NCBI GenBank assembly: GCA_951406725.2
Contig: OX597814.1
Span: 180,916,001 to 180,980,000, forward strand
Reading direction: 5' to 3'
From: Octopus vulgaris
Lineage: Eukaryota
Length of the DNA: 64,000 nucleotides
Both the position numbers and the translations under genes were made by a program. The notes beneath the pieces were generated by a model. That model was not told the origin of the DNA and did no database searches. It saw nothing but the letters and a program-made list of their open reading frames with translations. Below are positions 49,777 to 64,000 of this stretch, one piece after another; the first letter of the stretch is position 1, and every line of letters begins with the position of its first letter.

Positions 49777-52082
49777 TATAAAGTTCTCCTAAAATGTCTC
49801 CTGCTGTGGACCACTCTTCCTAGTGCAATCTTGTGGTTTCTGGCCATAAAAAGCCATAATATATTTAACATTTGGAGCTATCCAATTGAAAAGAATAAAA
49901 GATACATTTTATTGAATTAAATTTCTGTAGATAATGCTTCCCTAGAATCATCAATAACTGGAACTTCACAATTTGTAATAAATATGAATTCTTCTGATAT
50001 TCACTGGGGAAAGCAGAAGGAACCTATAATCTATAAGAGATTTTATGATAAATGCTATCAGCAACCTACTGTCACTAGTTCACCAGAATGTTATCTAAGT
50101 GTTAAAACTAACAATTAACACTATCAGTTACTTACTGCTTTATTTTCAATTGTTCATACTTCAGTTCTACTTTATTGTCTACTCAATGAAAAATGAAAAT
50201 AATTTGTACCTTGAATTAAAAAGAAAATCTTTCTTATACAAATATTTCTTTTAATGTTAGATTTCAATTTTTATTATATACATATAGTTATAGTATGCAT
50301 CAGTCTGCTGTTCAAAATATATTATTAGAACAGTGTATTGAGCATATGATTATTATAGAAGCCTGTTACTACACATTTGTTGTCAAGAAACTTTTAGTGG
50401 TGATTTCAACTGCACAAATTAAACCTAGTCAGTTATCAAAAATTTATATTTCTTTAGATTTTTCCAGTGTTTGGTTATTTCAGCCTTGAAAGAGAGAAGG
50501 ATTTAATATAAAGATGTGAATATCAAAGTTTAGAAGTGTAATTAAATTTTTGTATTGCAGAAATATTTCAACTAAAACAATATTACACAGATAATATGAA
50601 ATATTTTGAGAAACTAGAGGCTACTTTATCTGAATTCAAAAGCATCACTGCTTCATAGGTATGAAAGTTGTAAATTATATGTCAAATGGGATTTTAGTTA
50701 GATTTTACCTCTGATACTATTTGACTAGATTCATTTAATCAATTCCATTTTCAAAATTCTTAAGAAATAGTATTTTTCTAGCACAGCATTTACCATCTCT
50801 ACTGCCTTCCTTTCATCATCAAGTCAACAAATGACACCTGGTAATTTCGCTGGGAAGTGTGATGCACTTGTCATGGAATTTTCACAGGAGAATATGAAAG
50901 TGATTTCCCTATTGCATTCCTTTGGGCACGACACTAACAATTCTACCCATCTACCTCCCATGACTGGTACTTTATTGACTGTAAAAAAGAATTTTACCTG
51001 AGTGAAATTAAAGAGCCAAAATAAATATCACAAGGCTTTTTTCTGATATACCATCAATTTTGCCATTTCCAGTTCACCATTCCCATCTACATAGTAAGGT
51101 ATCAATGAGCAAGGTGATAAAGGCAAGGACTAGAACCTTAATGTGTGTTAGAATATGGCTAATTTCTAACCTAAATAATCCACTTATTAACCCTAATTCT
51201 TGATATTTATCATTCTTGAATGTTGCAAAAGTAATTGTAGAAAAAAAAGTGTAAGGGAAAAGAATCTGCAAGAGATTAAGCACTATAATGTGAAGATGGT
51301 GAAAACAGTAAATATTAACAATAAGTATTGACAGCATGTAGTATGTAGTTTCCAGTTCTAGTGTTTTAAAGACTTTGTTTTAGAATCTTTTCAGAAGATA
51401 TTCATTACCTTTGTATATTTCATAGAGATAGACTTCTCAGCCAACTCTCTATTCAGCTTTCATCAGCTTGCATTCTCTTTCTCTCTCTCTCTTTGGTGGA
51501 GTAAGTTTAAATGCTAGCTATATTACTTTGCTTAGTGTCTGACATATAAATAGCTTGTTACCTTACAACACAAAATATAAGACTGTTATAGAATTGTGCA
51601 TGATCAACGTGCTTGTTAGAACCATATTTTCTTGTTAGTGTGTTTCTTACATTTACAAAATTAAAGATACTTTGCCTCAAAGCAGCAGCTAATTTGGTGT
51701 TTATGTGCTTGTAGTTGTAACTAGCTCCTGCTTACATAACACCCTTTACATAACAACCTGCCCTTAGATAGGTGGCTTTAAATTTATATTCAAATCTATA
51801 ATTTTTTGTTATATATCTTATTTCATCAAAATTAATTTCTTTATACACCACAAATTATCATGTGGTTGAGTTGAATGTGTCCATATTTCCTTTAAATCAT
51901 AGTTCATTTAAAGTGATTTTCTACAAGAATTATCTTAAATTGTTTGTCTTGTAATACAGTTCATCTTCAACAATTTGTCTAAATATAGTTTGTCTGAAAA
52001 TTGAAATGAAAACATTTTACACAGAAACAAAATAAACCGATGGAGGCATGGCAGCAGTAATGGCAGTGGCTACTGTTGTTAA

Positions 52083-53472
52083 TCTTACTATAATGGGCAT
52101 TATGTCTGTCTGTCCCCTCTTCATGATCAAATGGGTGGACCAATGGTCACAATGTTTTTTTGGTGGGGGATTATGAAGGAGGTTATCAGGTTTTTAGCAA
52201 AAAACATGAAAAAGTATGATTATTTAGTGGATACTGAGTTTTGTATCAATAAATCACCTTTGATTTTTTTTGTTAAAATTCTGGCAACAAGGATTAACTC
52301 TGGATTTCCACCCCTGTATAGTTCGTGAATTTAGAGGGTTTAGATTTGCAATACTATCCCTTTATTTCCCATCATAGATGGGCAAATTTGCTATCTAACT
52401 ATAATGGGTGTTCTGTCTTTGTGTTCCCCCTTTATGGCCAGACAGCTGGACCAATGTTTATGATATTTTGGGGGATTTCAAAGACGGCTATCAGGAAGGT
52501 TTTAGCATTAAGAAATCAGAAAGTGTGATTATTTCGTGGATATCGATTTTTGAATTGATAAACCACCTTCGCATTTTTATTAAAAATCCACAAGTAAAGC
52601 CAGATTTTCATCATATAGTCTGTGGCACCATCGTAGATACAAAGGGGGTCACAAGGACAGTTAATAGCAAAGATAAAATGGAGAAAGTGCATGTCTGTGA
52701 TTATTTAGTGATTATTGAAGTGTGTCAGTCTCGAGCAGGATTCGAAGCAGCTGTTGTTTACATCTTAGTTTTGTGAATCAAAATAACCCATGGTATCAGA
52801 ACATCCAGACATTATTTGCATAGAACAGTGAGAGGTAAGTCGTTTGATTTTTTGCACCCCTAAAGATTCCACTCACACGTTCACAGCAAGCAAGGCACAG
52901 GGCCAGACTTTAGATCATGTAGGTGTATTTTTACCCACTCCGATTTTTACACACGGCCAGCTTATATGTTGCTATGAGTAGAGCAACGGACTCCAATAAT
53001 TTGAAAATTAGTGTCGACCAAACAGAAAATATCATCTACAAAGAAGTTTTATCATCATATTGATATTATTGAAAGGAATATGATTCATGATTTAAATAAG
53101 GAAATTTGTGAACTTTGTATAAGAGTATAAACAAGTATAAAATTGTGTAAACAACTAAAATAAAAGTATATCTAAATAACATTTTTCCTTAATACTTTTT
53201 ATGTGGTGGTCGAAGTGGTCTACATAACCATTCATGATACAGAAGTCATGAGCCTATATCAGTTCGGGAGTGAATCGTCATTACATGTCACTTAGTCACA
53301 AACATGTCATATATAGCTGCAATAGAAGGCTGTATCACCAACAATAATGTGATTTCTCTAAGACATCACCTAGTAACCTATCAAGCCCATTTACACATTT
53401 CTCAACACATACTGCTGTTATGACTTCCCTCCCTCATTTTGTGCTGCCATCGTAGATGGGTAGATTTGCTAG
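52083..53472 (+). mobile_element. Tandem non-autonomous Helitron (units 52083-52393 and 52394-53472)
   Basis: Starts A|TCTTACTATAATGGG and TCTAACTATAATGGG. 3' hairpins are CCCATC-ATA-GATGGG..CTA and CCATC-GTA-GATGG..CTAG|T. Confidence 0.85.
52880..53063 (+). pseudogene. Helitron Pif1-like helicase C-terminal fragment
   Basis: FTASKAQGQTLDHVGVFLPTPIFTHGQ, then after a frameshift LYVAMSRATDSNNLKISVDQTENIIYKEVL. These are helicase motifs V and VI plus the typical Helitron NIVYKEVL end. Confidence 0.92.
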
Positions 53473-53570
53473 TATTCTTAATGCAGTAGGATGTGTGTTT
53501 TTGGTAACATGTCTGATAATGTTGTTGTGGATGATAGTGTGATGTATATTGTGTAATGAATTTCTTTTTT

Positions 53571-53683
53571 TAGATGAATTGTATTTTGAACAAATTGATG
53601 TAGATAAATTGTATTACTAGTCAGATGGCATTAGATAAATTATTGTAGACAAATTGTTCTAGACAAATCGTTGTAAACAAATT
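53571..53683 (+). repeat. Degenerate ~15-bp minisatellite (TAGAYAAATTGTTG-like)
   Basis: About seven recurrences of TAGA(C/T)(A/G)AATTG-like units. Confidence 0.6.
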
Positions 53684-56129
53684 CACTATCATATAACATA
53701 GTAGATGCTATTCTTTTTATGGCTATTGTCAGCATTTGAACTTGCTAATAGTCCTTTTTTTTTTTTTTTTTCTTATTGGTCATATAGACAATGTCTTTCA
53801 TTTTTTTAATTCCTTTCTTGTTTCTTATACTAAGGATAAGGTTTTTGTCAATCTTCCTACAAGCTCAATGAAAAGAGCTTGTTGTCTCACAGAAAAACTC
53901 AAAAGCATTCAGACCATCTAAAAGCTCTGCTCTTCTTTTCTTGACTTGACATAGTATCTGTCATTTCACCAAAATAAATATTTTTGATATGGTTTCACAA
54001 AATGCATTATATATCCTAAATATATAGTAGACAATGAGAAAGTTAAATTATCTGCGTGCTTTTTAAATTATGTATTTGAAAGATTGTTAATGAGGAGGAC
54101 TAATGAGGTTTAAAATTAATGTAGTCATTCATATATACCCTGTATTTCTTTTTACATCATCCAAGCAGAGATTGTTGCTCCTGGGGTTATAACTAGGATC
54201 TCATTACAAAAATTTGAAAACTGGTAGTTTTGTGTTCAGAGATTTGAGGATACCAATACACAACTGCTACATCAACTAGTGGCAGGAATAACAACAGCAT
54301 AATGAATGTGGCTTTTCTCTAAATTCAAAAACAAATAAGTCAAGAAGCCAATAAACATTCCAATCTGATGTTTAGTGGGATTTCAATGTTTTATAACAAT
54401 CTAAATCATCCATAATTTATGTGCATTCTCACTATAGCAATTTCACTTCTGTAACTAACAGTTTGATCAGTCATGAATCAAAGATGACTGGAGTTACCTT
54501 ATAGATAAATTATGTATCCTGAGTTATCTATCTTACAAATTTCATTATATGATCTCAAGAATTTAGATGAATAAATTGTTTAGAATGTTTGTTTCTATTG
54601 ATAGCAAATGGATTCTCTTTACACAAATCATATACAAACCCTTGGATGTTGCATCAAAAAGTTGAGTTCAAGTTAAATGATAATAATGATTTGGATGTGT
54701 TGTTCAACAAACATAAGCTGAATGAAATATAGCTAAGACTCAAGTGTCTTAAAGAACAGGCATCAAAAGAGAGACAGCACTGAAAACCCTCCTGCAATGC
54801 TAGTAAATTAAAATTAAAACCAGTGAGAACTAGTTTTATATGTGGTTACATTTTATAAATACAACCCAATTCAACAGTAATGTCATTCTAGATGAAAATT
54901 CTAATTGATTGTAAATAATCTGTGCTACAAAACATTGATAAAAGCAATAAGCATGTACTTATAAATTTTCCATGAAAACATTTAAGGTATTCAGCATAGC
55001 TTTTAGCTTATTTGTATTGCATTTTCTTTATTGACTTGAAAGGTTCTTTTCCATTTCATTTTGAAATAAAATGTAATTTTGAACGATAAATTGCAATATA
55101 GAAATTAAAATAACAATAAATAATAGTAGGTGTTTATATTTGATTCCTTTTTGCCTTTATTTAATGCAGTTCTTAACGTGTTGAAATTGAAAGGTACTTG
55201 ATTAGTTGTGACTTTTATTGATTAGTTTATCCTCAAATATAGGACAGCCATGACAGTAAAACAGGTAGGAAGCAGCAAGGAAGATATAAAAGAGGGATAA
55301 TGCTATTAAAGTGATGTAGAAACAGTGTAACCTTTGTTCTATTATTCACAGGAATCCAGTGTAAATGATCCACCTTTTAAATTTCAAAAGATACAAGGTT
55401 ATGTGAGAATAGTCAAGTATGAATAGCTTTGAATCATCTTTCAGCATGGCTTTGTTATGACTGTTTTAAGAAAAATTTAATTTTCCCTAACTTAAATTTG
55501 TTTAGTTTATTTACTGTTAGTTTTATTGTATTTTTAGATAAATTGTTATTAGACAATAATATTTTTTAGTTGCACTATTACATTCATGTGACAACTATTC
55601 AAACATAATTGGAAACAACTATCCCAGAGGATGAAAAAATGAATATAATTACAAGTGTTTGGGTAACCTCCAAAAATTAAGTTGATATAAATAATTATTT
55701 ATTACAATAATAATTTCTTGCGAAGTACACATATAAAATATAAAACAGTATACAGATCATTATCATTTTCCTTGAATAAAATTCCTTAAACCCTGTATTG
55801 GTTGTTGGTATGAGAAAGTGTTTTAGATTAAATGTACTTTATTATAGCAGAGATATAAAATATCTAACATTTTTAAAGAAGATATTATTTGTGGAATTAC
55901 TTGGAAAAAAACCTATGAGAGGTACACTTTTCTTTTTTTCCAGTTTAAATAAAACACCTTCAATCAATAGTTTCCATAGCAAGAGTCTTATAACATGGTA
56001 ACATTTTATAATCTGAATTGCTTGTGGTGTAAACAATTTACACACAGTCATGTCAAAAACCAGAATATAACACTATATTAAATCATTTTTTTAGGTTCAT
56101 TTCTTCATCTGACTGTTTTTGTAACATTC

Positions 56130-56182
<53 letters not shown>

Positions 56183-58379
56183 GTACCAGGGTCATTAAAT
56201 ACACATTTTGATGCAAAACACTAATTTTTCTTGTTTTTGTGGGTTAACTTCAAATAAAACATCTGTTATAACAATAAAAATCTCCTTTCTATAAGAAGTT
56301 TTATTTTTTAAAAAAGCAACAAAAGAAACAAAATGTTTTGTATGATAAGATTGGTTTTAGGAATAAGAATGAAGTTAATATTTTTTAAGGAATAAATTAG
56401 GATTAGTGCTGAAAAGAAGCAGCTACTAATTTTAATTTATATACTTTATAACTGTTGTTGCTACCAACATATTCACTCACTCATATTGACAACTTATTTA
56501 GATTAAATGAAGAAATTGAATTTGCAAGAGAGCTTCTATGGCATTATCTAACTAGCTAAAAACAGCTAGTTCTTCTCCACCTCCTTTAATCACAACTCAT
56601 CATGTTAAATAAGGAAGGATACTTTAGAATTGTAATTCCTGATGTAGAGAAGTTGAGACAGCCACAGGTGGAATAGCTTTGACTATAGATAGGTCTGCTC
56701 ATTTAGAACTAGTATAGGGTTAAACAACTTATTGCTGAGAAAAGGATATTTAATATATATCTTCACAAATAAGCATTTTTCTTAATGTATGAGAATCTTT
56801 TACAGAAAATGTTTACAACACATCTAAAATATGTTAGTTACCTTCATCAGTCAACTATAAAAGATTGTAGCTTTCTCCAGAAAGATATATTTACAGCCTT
56901 GTTGTGCTGTTAATCATGAAATTAGTAGAATTTATCCAGTTCACATTATATCATATTATCTGTATAGAATGCTGTTATCAATACTTGTAGCTTTAAGTAA
57001 TCTAGGCAAGTCTAATAAAAAGAAGTAAACATTAAGTTGGTAAGGAAATGCTGGTGGTGGTAGAAAAGGCCAGTATGACTTGATAATTATCATTCAGTCA
57101 CTCATGAAGTCAAAGTTCAGAATTTCTGACCATATTCTTATTACAAATACAACTATTGTACTGAACCTTCAAAATACTGTCACTCTACTTGCCTCAGTTT
57201 ACATTATTGTCTATTGGTTTTACTCCTACCACACTGTTGTGTAATTAACATTATGAAAGATGTCCATCTGCAAAAACAATTGCTCCACCATGAACATCCC
57301 ACTCATACTAGAACAAAAAGTGAATGAAAAATAACCAAAGAACTGCTTAAGACTATAATGAGAACAAAAGTACTGAGGATATTGATATCATTTTCAACTA
57401 TTATGAATGTTAAAGTAAACCATGAATGGATGTGCCTAGATATTGTATAGCTTTTGTATATCATCTTAAGAAAGATCATAATCAATATAAGTGAAGTGAA
57501 AACCAGATGTCAGCTCCTTATTGTACAAACTGATTCAGAATATATTTTATTTACATTTGTGTTCCAGTATTATCATAGGTTTGTGTGATTCCAGAAATAT
57601 CTCAGAACTCTTCAGCTTAAACTGCTTCATTTGAATTGAGGGTGGTATCTGGTTTTATTTAGTAAACTGAAATATGTCATGGAAATGTCTGTTTTGCAGG
57701 AATGCTGCTACATTTTAACCATTTAGATACCCATGTACCAACCATCATTGCTTTTTACTAACTTTTAAATGAATTAACTTTGAGAAGGTTTTGTTTTTTT
57801 TCTTTGCTAGCAATAAAGTTGGTGGTTTGTACAAATTTGGATATTTGTAAATATACTTCAACAAGTATTTATGCAGCTGAATATGCTTCCTACTGCTAAT
57901 CATTCAACCTTAAAGTGACTGTTACACTTAATTTTCATCTAATCAGACTAAAATGAGTAGTTTACTTTTGTTAGGAATATATGACAGCAGGTGGCTTTAA
58001 ACAAGCAATTGTGACTACCCACAATCAAGTTCACTTTACCTATTATCACTTGATTAAATTGAAATAGGGTGATTGTAACAGGTTCTGCTTGCCACAGTGT
58101 ATTCTATACAGTCAATTTCTGAACAGCAGAGTTAACAACATTGTCCAAGACCAGACTAAAGTATGTCATATTTAGCATTAAATTGGCTAATATTCATGTC
58201 ATAATTCTAATTAAGCAAAAACTGTCTCGGGATATTCAGAAACAGCGTGTTCCAGCTGAGGCATTTTAATAGATTAGTCAGAAGAAAGACAGTTTCCATG
58301 ACCTCCATAGACTTTCCAAGACTGGTGAGATTGACATAGTTGAAACTCAGTTTTAACATACAAAAGTCAATATCTGCAA

Positions 58380-58930
58380 GAAAATAGGCATGAGAAGGGA
58401 ATTCAAAAGGGTTAATATTCTAGGGAGGAATTGTTTTGGTTAGTGCAAGATACAGTATAGGTGATGAGAGTAGGGGAACGTATCTGTGGTTCTGGTTAGA
58501 AATGGTATATAAACAGCTAGATTAGAGGAACTGTTGGCATTTTAAGTAGAGAAGAAAAATAGTGCATCTGTAGGCCAGGGTTTCTGAGTCTATGTCAGCA
58601 GATTGCTGTCTTTCAGAATGTTGCTGAGTAGTATAGCAGCAGGACATCCTAGATGTGAGAGAGGTATTTGATTGTGTGTTTTATTTTCGTAGAGAATCAT
58701 TTGCTGTTCATTGCTAAAATGTATTTTTGACACTGAAGAGAAAAGCCAGTCTTTTGAGTTTGACTTTTGTTATGTCAAGTGGTAATAGGCAAAGTAAATT
58801 TGGTTGCATAGTAGTCCTTGGATAGATGGAACATGCTACTAAATTGCCCAGGATTTTGATCTCAAAATCATTGTTTCTTGTGTTTTATAGTTAATGTCTA
58901 TTAATGAGAACCAGTCGTTGAGACGATAGT
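58380..58930 (-). mobile_element. Decayed CR1/Jockey-group LINE fragment
   Basis: Minus-strand relics KRLAFLF..HFSNEQQMILY..SHI..LAYRC resemble the fragment at 1560-2185. Confidence 0.45.
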
Positions 58931-59480
58931 AATTGAAAACAGAATTTCCTCATTCTACCATCTTGCCCTGAAAGAATATGATCATGCCACTATCGAGTTT
59001 AGAGAGTGATTCCTGATAACATTTGTCGATAGTTGAGAGCCCTTTCTATTATTTTAACCTAAAGTGGCTACTGTGATTATTTCTCAACTGCAAACACTTA
59101 AAGCAACTATTTTTAAAAGTTTGGATACCATTGTATTGATATGGAAAATTATGAGGGGACACTGATATGCAAACTGATGTCCATTAGTTTACAGTACTAC
59201 AACTTCATGTTTGCATAAATATGTGAGTGAGAGAGAGAAAGAGAGTGAGAGCAAGTATGCACATCTGCAATTGCATTTAAAAATTATTGCCAAATGGTGT
59301 TTGCCTGAGGCGAAACTGTTATAATTTATGTTCTGTTGTTGATAGCTCAATAACGAGCATTTCATTACTGTTTTGCCTAACTTTATATTTTTTCTTTTTC
59401 TCCATCTTTCTCTTATTCTCTTTCTTTTTCTCTCTTTTTCCATATGTATGTGTGTGTGTGTGTGTGTGTGTGCATGTGTA

Positions 59481-59527
<47 letters not shown>

Positions 59528-60949
59528 ACACATACACAAACGCACTCTTTACTGCCTTCTATCTCTCTTCATTTTTGTTGTTGTAATCCTGTTTTAGTGT
59601 TTTTATTAATTATTATATCTATCATTTTCTCTTTGTTACCTATTCACTCTAAAATTACTCTTTTCTCAGACCTTGTTAGTTACCTTTTTTTCCTTTATTT
59701 CACACTGCCATCCACCAACGTCTCCACTGCTTCCAGTCTCCACCAACTTACTGATCACAGCCTTTAACCCCTTCTCTAGGCTCCATCATCTACAGTTTCT
59801 TCTCTCCATTTATCATAGTCTGGTCATATACACATTAGTCATCAATGTTATCTTTGTTGTATTGTGCGTAGTGATTATAGTAGAGTGAAAGTTTTTTTTT
59901 TATTCTTGTCCAAATTTCCCTAAAATTCAATAATCGCAATCTTAAGAATAGCTTACATGAAGAAAGAAACCTTCCCCTTGTCTTTGTAAAAGTAATAAAT
60001 TTGAAAATGCAAGACAGGGTGCATAAGCTATCAGAGCTGTTTTTAACTATTTTCTTCTCACATTCAATTGACATCTTCCTTTTTTAATCAAGTAGATTGA
60101 GTACTACATTCTTAATTAAACATTGAGTGAATACAATCTCTAATGATGAAGTTATAATACTAATTTATCATCCATGCTGTTATTGACCAAAATTATCATT
60201 TCTGTTCTTGTCCTCAAAGAGAGAAAGGATTTCTCTTTCTCAAATGGTAGCCTTTAATTTCTTTTTAGATAGAAGGTACTTAACATTTCTCAAATAAATT
60301 TCTATTGTGTTAATGATGAATCTTTTTTATTTCCATGACACTGAGAAATCCAAGTACTTTCAGTTAAAATTGATCAGTTTTATTGATTTTAATTCCTTTT
60401 TTACTTTACACCTATCAGTGTGCTTTGTAATTCCTTATTTGGTAAATTGCAAAGCTAAAATATTTCTGTCAATAGGAAAACATTTCAATGTGATTTAACT
60501 GTGTGGTGAAGGGGTTTTACTAATTAAAACTCATCCTTAGTTATTGTGTTGTGCATCTAACTGAAAAACAAATAACTTTCAAAGATAACTTTTCTACCTA
60601 TTGAAGCAGTTATTCTACTAATTATTCATCAACCATGTTCACCATCTGCTGAATTCACCTCTATTCCCCCTCTTTATTCTGTTGCAGTCTCCTTTCTTAC
60701 TCTTGCAAACTCACCCTGTCCAATCCTCTGTACCATTTACATTTAGTTTCTTGTTACTGGAGGATATAACCTGACTAGTCTTCACCACCAGCTTCTCACT
60801 TTTCCAATTGAAGTAGCTATGTATCTCTTCTACAGCAAGACACCTGTTCCTTTCCCTCTATCATACTGTAAACGTTCTTCATCTTGTATAAAGCCACCTC
60901 CTTTAATTCCACACCCAACTCAATTGAGGAATTTTGTCTTACAAGTTAC

Positions 60950-61142
60950 TTAGTGCTAGTGCCATATAAAAAACGCTTTGTACCCTCTGTAAAGTGATTG
61001 GTGTTAGGAAGGATATCCAACCATAGAAACCATACCAAAATAGACAGTGGAGCTTGGCAAAGTCATCTGGCTCATTAACTCCTATTGAGTCATCCAACCC
61101 ATGCCAGCATGGAAAACAGAAATTAAATTGTAATGATGATAA
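60950..61142 (+). mobile_element. Old RTE 3'-end copy
   Basis: GGTGTTAGGAAGGATATCCA..CATCCAACCCATGCCAGCATGGAAAACAG..ATGATGAT. Confidence 0.85.
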
Positions 61143-61507
61143 TGTCTAACTTGCTGAAGCATCTTATTAATGTTAATACATAACAAGGAAAAGTAAATGT
61201 TAAAAATTCTTTCTAAAAATATGAAATTGACTTTCAGCTTTCAGTAATTTGTCTAACATATAAACTTCTAGATGTCTCAGACTATGGAGAGCTAATTCAG
61301 ACAACTCACATTTCTGTGATCAACTTTTCATCTGATTTCTCAAAGATCAATAGTCTAATACCAATATTATTTTGGGGACAAGCCAGTTTGGTAAATTTTT
61401 CTTTTGTATAAAATGTATGCTTTCTAAAAGAAAATCAATAACTAGTGTATTTTTTATACAGAATTTTAAGCATTTATATCTTTTGTAACCCACACAAACA
61501 CACACAC

Positions 61508-61565
<58 letters not shown>

Positions 61566-61894
61566 CTTTTGCTAATAACTCCATTATTCTACTGTTTTAT
61601 TTTAATTTAGCAGACACCTTTTCATATAACTTTATCAATATTTGTCTTAGTACCTCTAAATATTTTGTTTAATATTATTTCAGTCAAATATATCAGTACG
61701 TTGTTATTCATGTCTTTTGTTAAAATTCTTCACAGCCTCTCTTGGCTGCCATTACATACTATGTGATCCAAATCAGTACTCATCTTTACTCTGTCTAGCT
61801 CTGCTATTGGTTATTGCAGAAATTAGTAACTGACTGCTTTTTATAGCTGTTATAAATATATGTGTGCATTTTTATTTTAAATCTGAATGAGCAT

Positions 61895-61972
61895 AAATTA
61901 TTTTTGTTGATAGTAATGTATTCATAATTTGCCAAATTATTTTTGTTGATAGTAATGTATTCATAATTTGCC
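61895..61972 (+). repeat. Perfect 39-bp tandem duplication
   Basis: AAATTATTTTTGTTGATAGTAATGTATTCATAATTTGCC occurs twice. Confidence 0.95.
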
Positions 61973-63087
61973 AATAAACTTCTTACATCATAGCGAAGGT
62001 CAAGCATGATATATCACCAATTAGTATTATTGATGAGTTAAAATTTATTCATTACTTGAATGCAGTAAAAATAGATAGATAAAATTTTTTTTAAATAAAA
62101 TAAATTTATCTGCAACTTTAGCTTGTGTATAAATACTTTGATTTGTACATTTAATGGTGCAACAGTGTAAAACATCTGAGACCTGACCAGCTATTTTCAT
62201 TAAAGGTTAGTTGAATATTGTGCTTGATGATCACTACTACTGCTATATCAACATCAATATAGTTAGTGCTAATATTCCTGCTACATGCAACCAGAAAAAA
62301 GTTTATTGATCTTTCTACCACTGCTGTTATTACAACAGCTGCTACTGCTACTACCACTTCTATTGGTACTCTTGTGTGAAATAATATTTAGTTGTCTCTA
62401 AGCTCTGGTATATTAGTTTTTAGGTCAGCATTCTCTTTTACTATGCTGAGTCTATACAGTATAATAACCAGTAACAGCTATTATACTTTCTATAATATCT
62501 AGTTCTGATGGCATACTATGATAGGGAGAAGAAATATCATCCTTTGAAGATACATCTTGAAAAATATGATAAAAATCATTTCAACATGTCTTTTTCTAAA
62601 TGCACTTTTCCTGATTATTTTTATCATAAAGAAATAATTTGAAAATAATATAAATCATTTTCAAATATTATCATCCCCACCTTTCTCTTGATGCTTCTCA
62701 TTCTATAGTTCATTCTTGTTGTTCCTTCAAGTAATAATTACCATTATAATAGATTTTACCAGGTGCTTTTTATCAATTCAGTTAAGCTGGCAGTAATTAT
62801 TGAGAGAAATCTTTTCTGGACATTCTGAATAACCTTGTGTCTTGAGTTTCAATTATTATCTTGTGGAAAATAACTATTGTTATTTTTTCTTTTTCTTTTT
62901 TTTATTTTAATTTCTTGTCACAATGCAGTCTGATGATTGAAGCCATAATTGTGACAGTTTAGTGTGTTAATAAACTCACTGAAATTCAAGAAAAAAATTG
63001 TTTGTCTCTTTTTTTATATAATTTATTAAATAATTATTTTATTATGTAAGAAACTATTATTATTGTTGATGCTATTTTCATTATTTT

Positions 63088-63240
63088 ATGTTCTGAGTTC
63101 AAATTCTGTCGAGGTTGACTTTGCCTTTCATCCTTTTGTAGTTAATAAAATAAGTACCAATTGAGCACTAGGATTGATGTAACTGACTTACCCATTCCCC
63201 AAAATTTCTGGCCTTGTGCCTTTAGTAGAAAGGATCATTA
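63088..63240 (+). mobile_element. 5'-truncated copy of the SINE at 14965-15178
   Basis: GTTCTGAGTTCAAATTC..GACTTTGCCTTTCATCCTTT..CCTTGTGCCTTTAGTAGAAAGGAT. Confidence 0.88.
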
Positions 63241-64000
63241 TTATTATTCAGCTGCTATATCTAGTAATTATATCATAGAGAGGGGAAATATTCTATATTT
63301 CAGTAATGTAGTCTTTCCTGCAGTTAACATAGAATACATTTTTATCAAGTTACCCATTCCCATCACATGACTATATCATATCAGTTTTCTATTTAGCTTG
63401 TAACCTCTTTTAATTCCCAGCTGCTTTCTTAGTTTACCTGAATACAGTCTATCCTTTTTAATTTAGCATGCACAGCCAAAAAATTTCAGTCCACATGCCA
63501 CTATATCAAATTCTTTAGTAAATAAAATGCCACTTTTTTAGAAATTCTTTAGTAAATAAAATAAACAGAATATCTTTGTAAATTATTCCCAACCATCAAA
63601 AATTAATAATTATGTTACTATAAATGCAACTAGCAGCAATAATTAGGTCATCTAAATCAATGAACCTATTTGATTTGCTTTTGCTATTTTATGGGCTTCT
63701 GTTGTAAATTATAGATTTATACTTTTAGTCTTTTGATCACTAGTCCCATTATGGAGAATCAATTCTATTCTTTTAAAAAAGCAAAGCAAGGTGATTCTCT
63801 TACTCTCTTTCTTTGTTTTAAACTATATCTAGCTCATCGTAATTAGTACATATCTTAACTGTAGACCTTTACAATAGTTGTTGAACTTGTGGTCCATTCA
63901 TAAATATTCCATGACAAATATAACTTTTCAGGTACCAAAATGTTAAAGGGAATTAGAATTGATATATGTATCATAACTTTAGCTGGACTACTACAACAGC

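Noticed and set aside
63920-63940. YAG|GT motifs as recursive splice sites or the next exon (also near 30045)
   Set aside because: The donor match is weak, no calcineurin coding sequence follows, and such motifs are expected by chance in AT-rich introns.

Overview
AT-rich, microsatellite- and transposon-dense animal DNA. The repeat landscape suggests an octopus or other cephalopod, but that is an inference. The only host coding sequence I can support is one 201-bp internal exon of the calcineurin A catalytic subunit (28317-28517, +). The rest of the window therefore appears to be two very large introns (>28 kb and >35 kb). They contain a young 5'-truncated RTE LINE whose reverse transcriptase carries a C4HC3 PHD finger, many RTE 3'-end copies, mariner relics, Tc1- and piggyBac-type MITEs, a tandem Helitron, three tRNA-SINE families, and decayed Penelope, CR1/Jockey-like and R4-like fragments. 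The most notable signal is a set of short elements carrying minimal hammerhead-ribozyme motifs (5423-5458, 10163-10448, 41751-42100, 44885-45282), three of which are fold-backs. The one at 44885-45282 couples a tRNA-like Pol III head to a hammerhead and an inverted copy of its own 3' end. It is a candidate Penelope-mobilised ribozyme SINE or retrozyme. All calls are by eye; family names and novelty need database checks.
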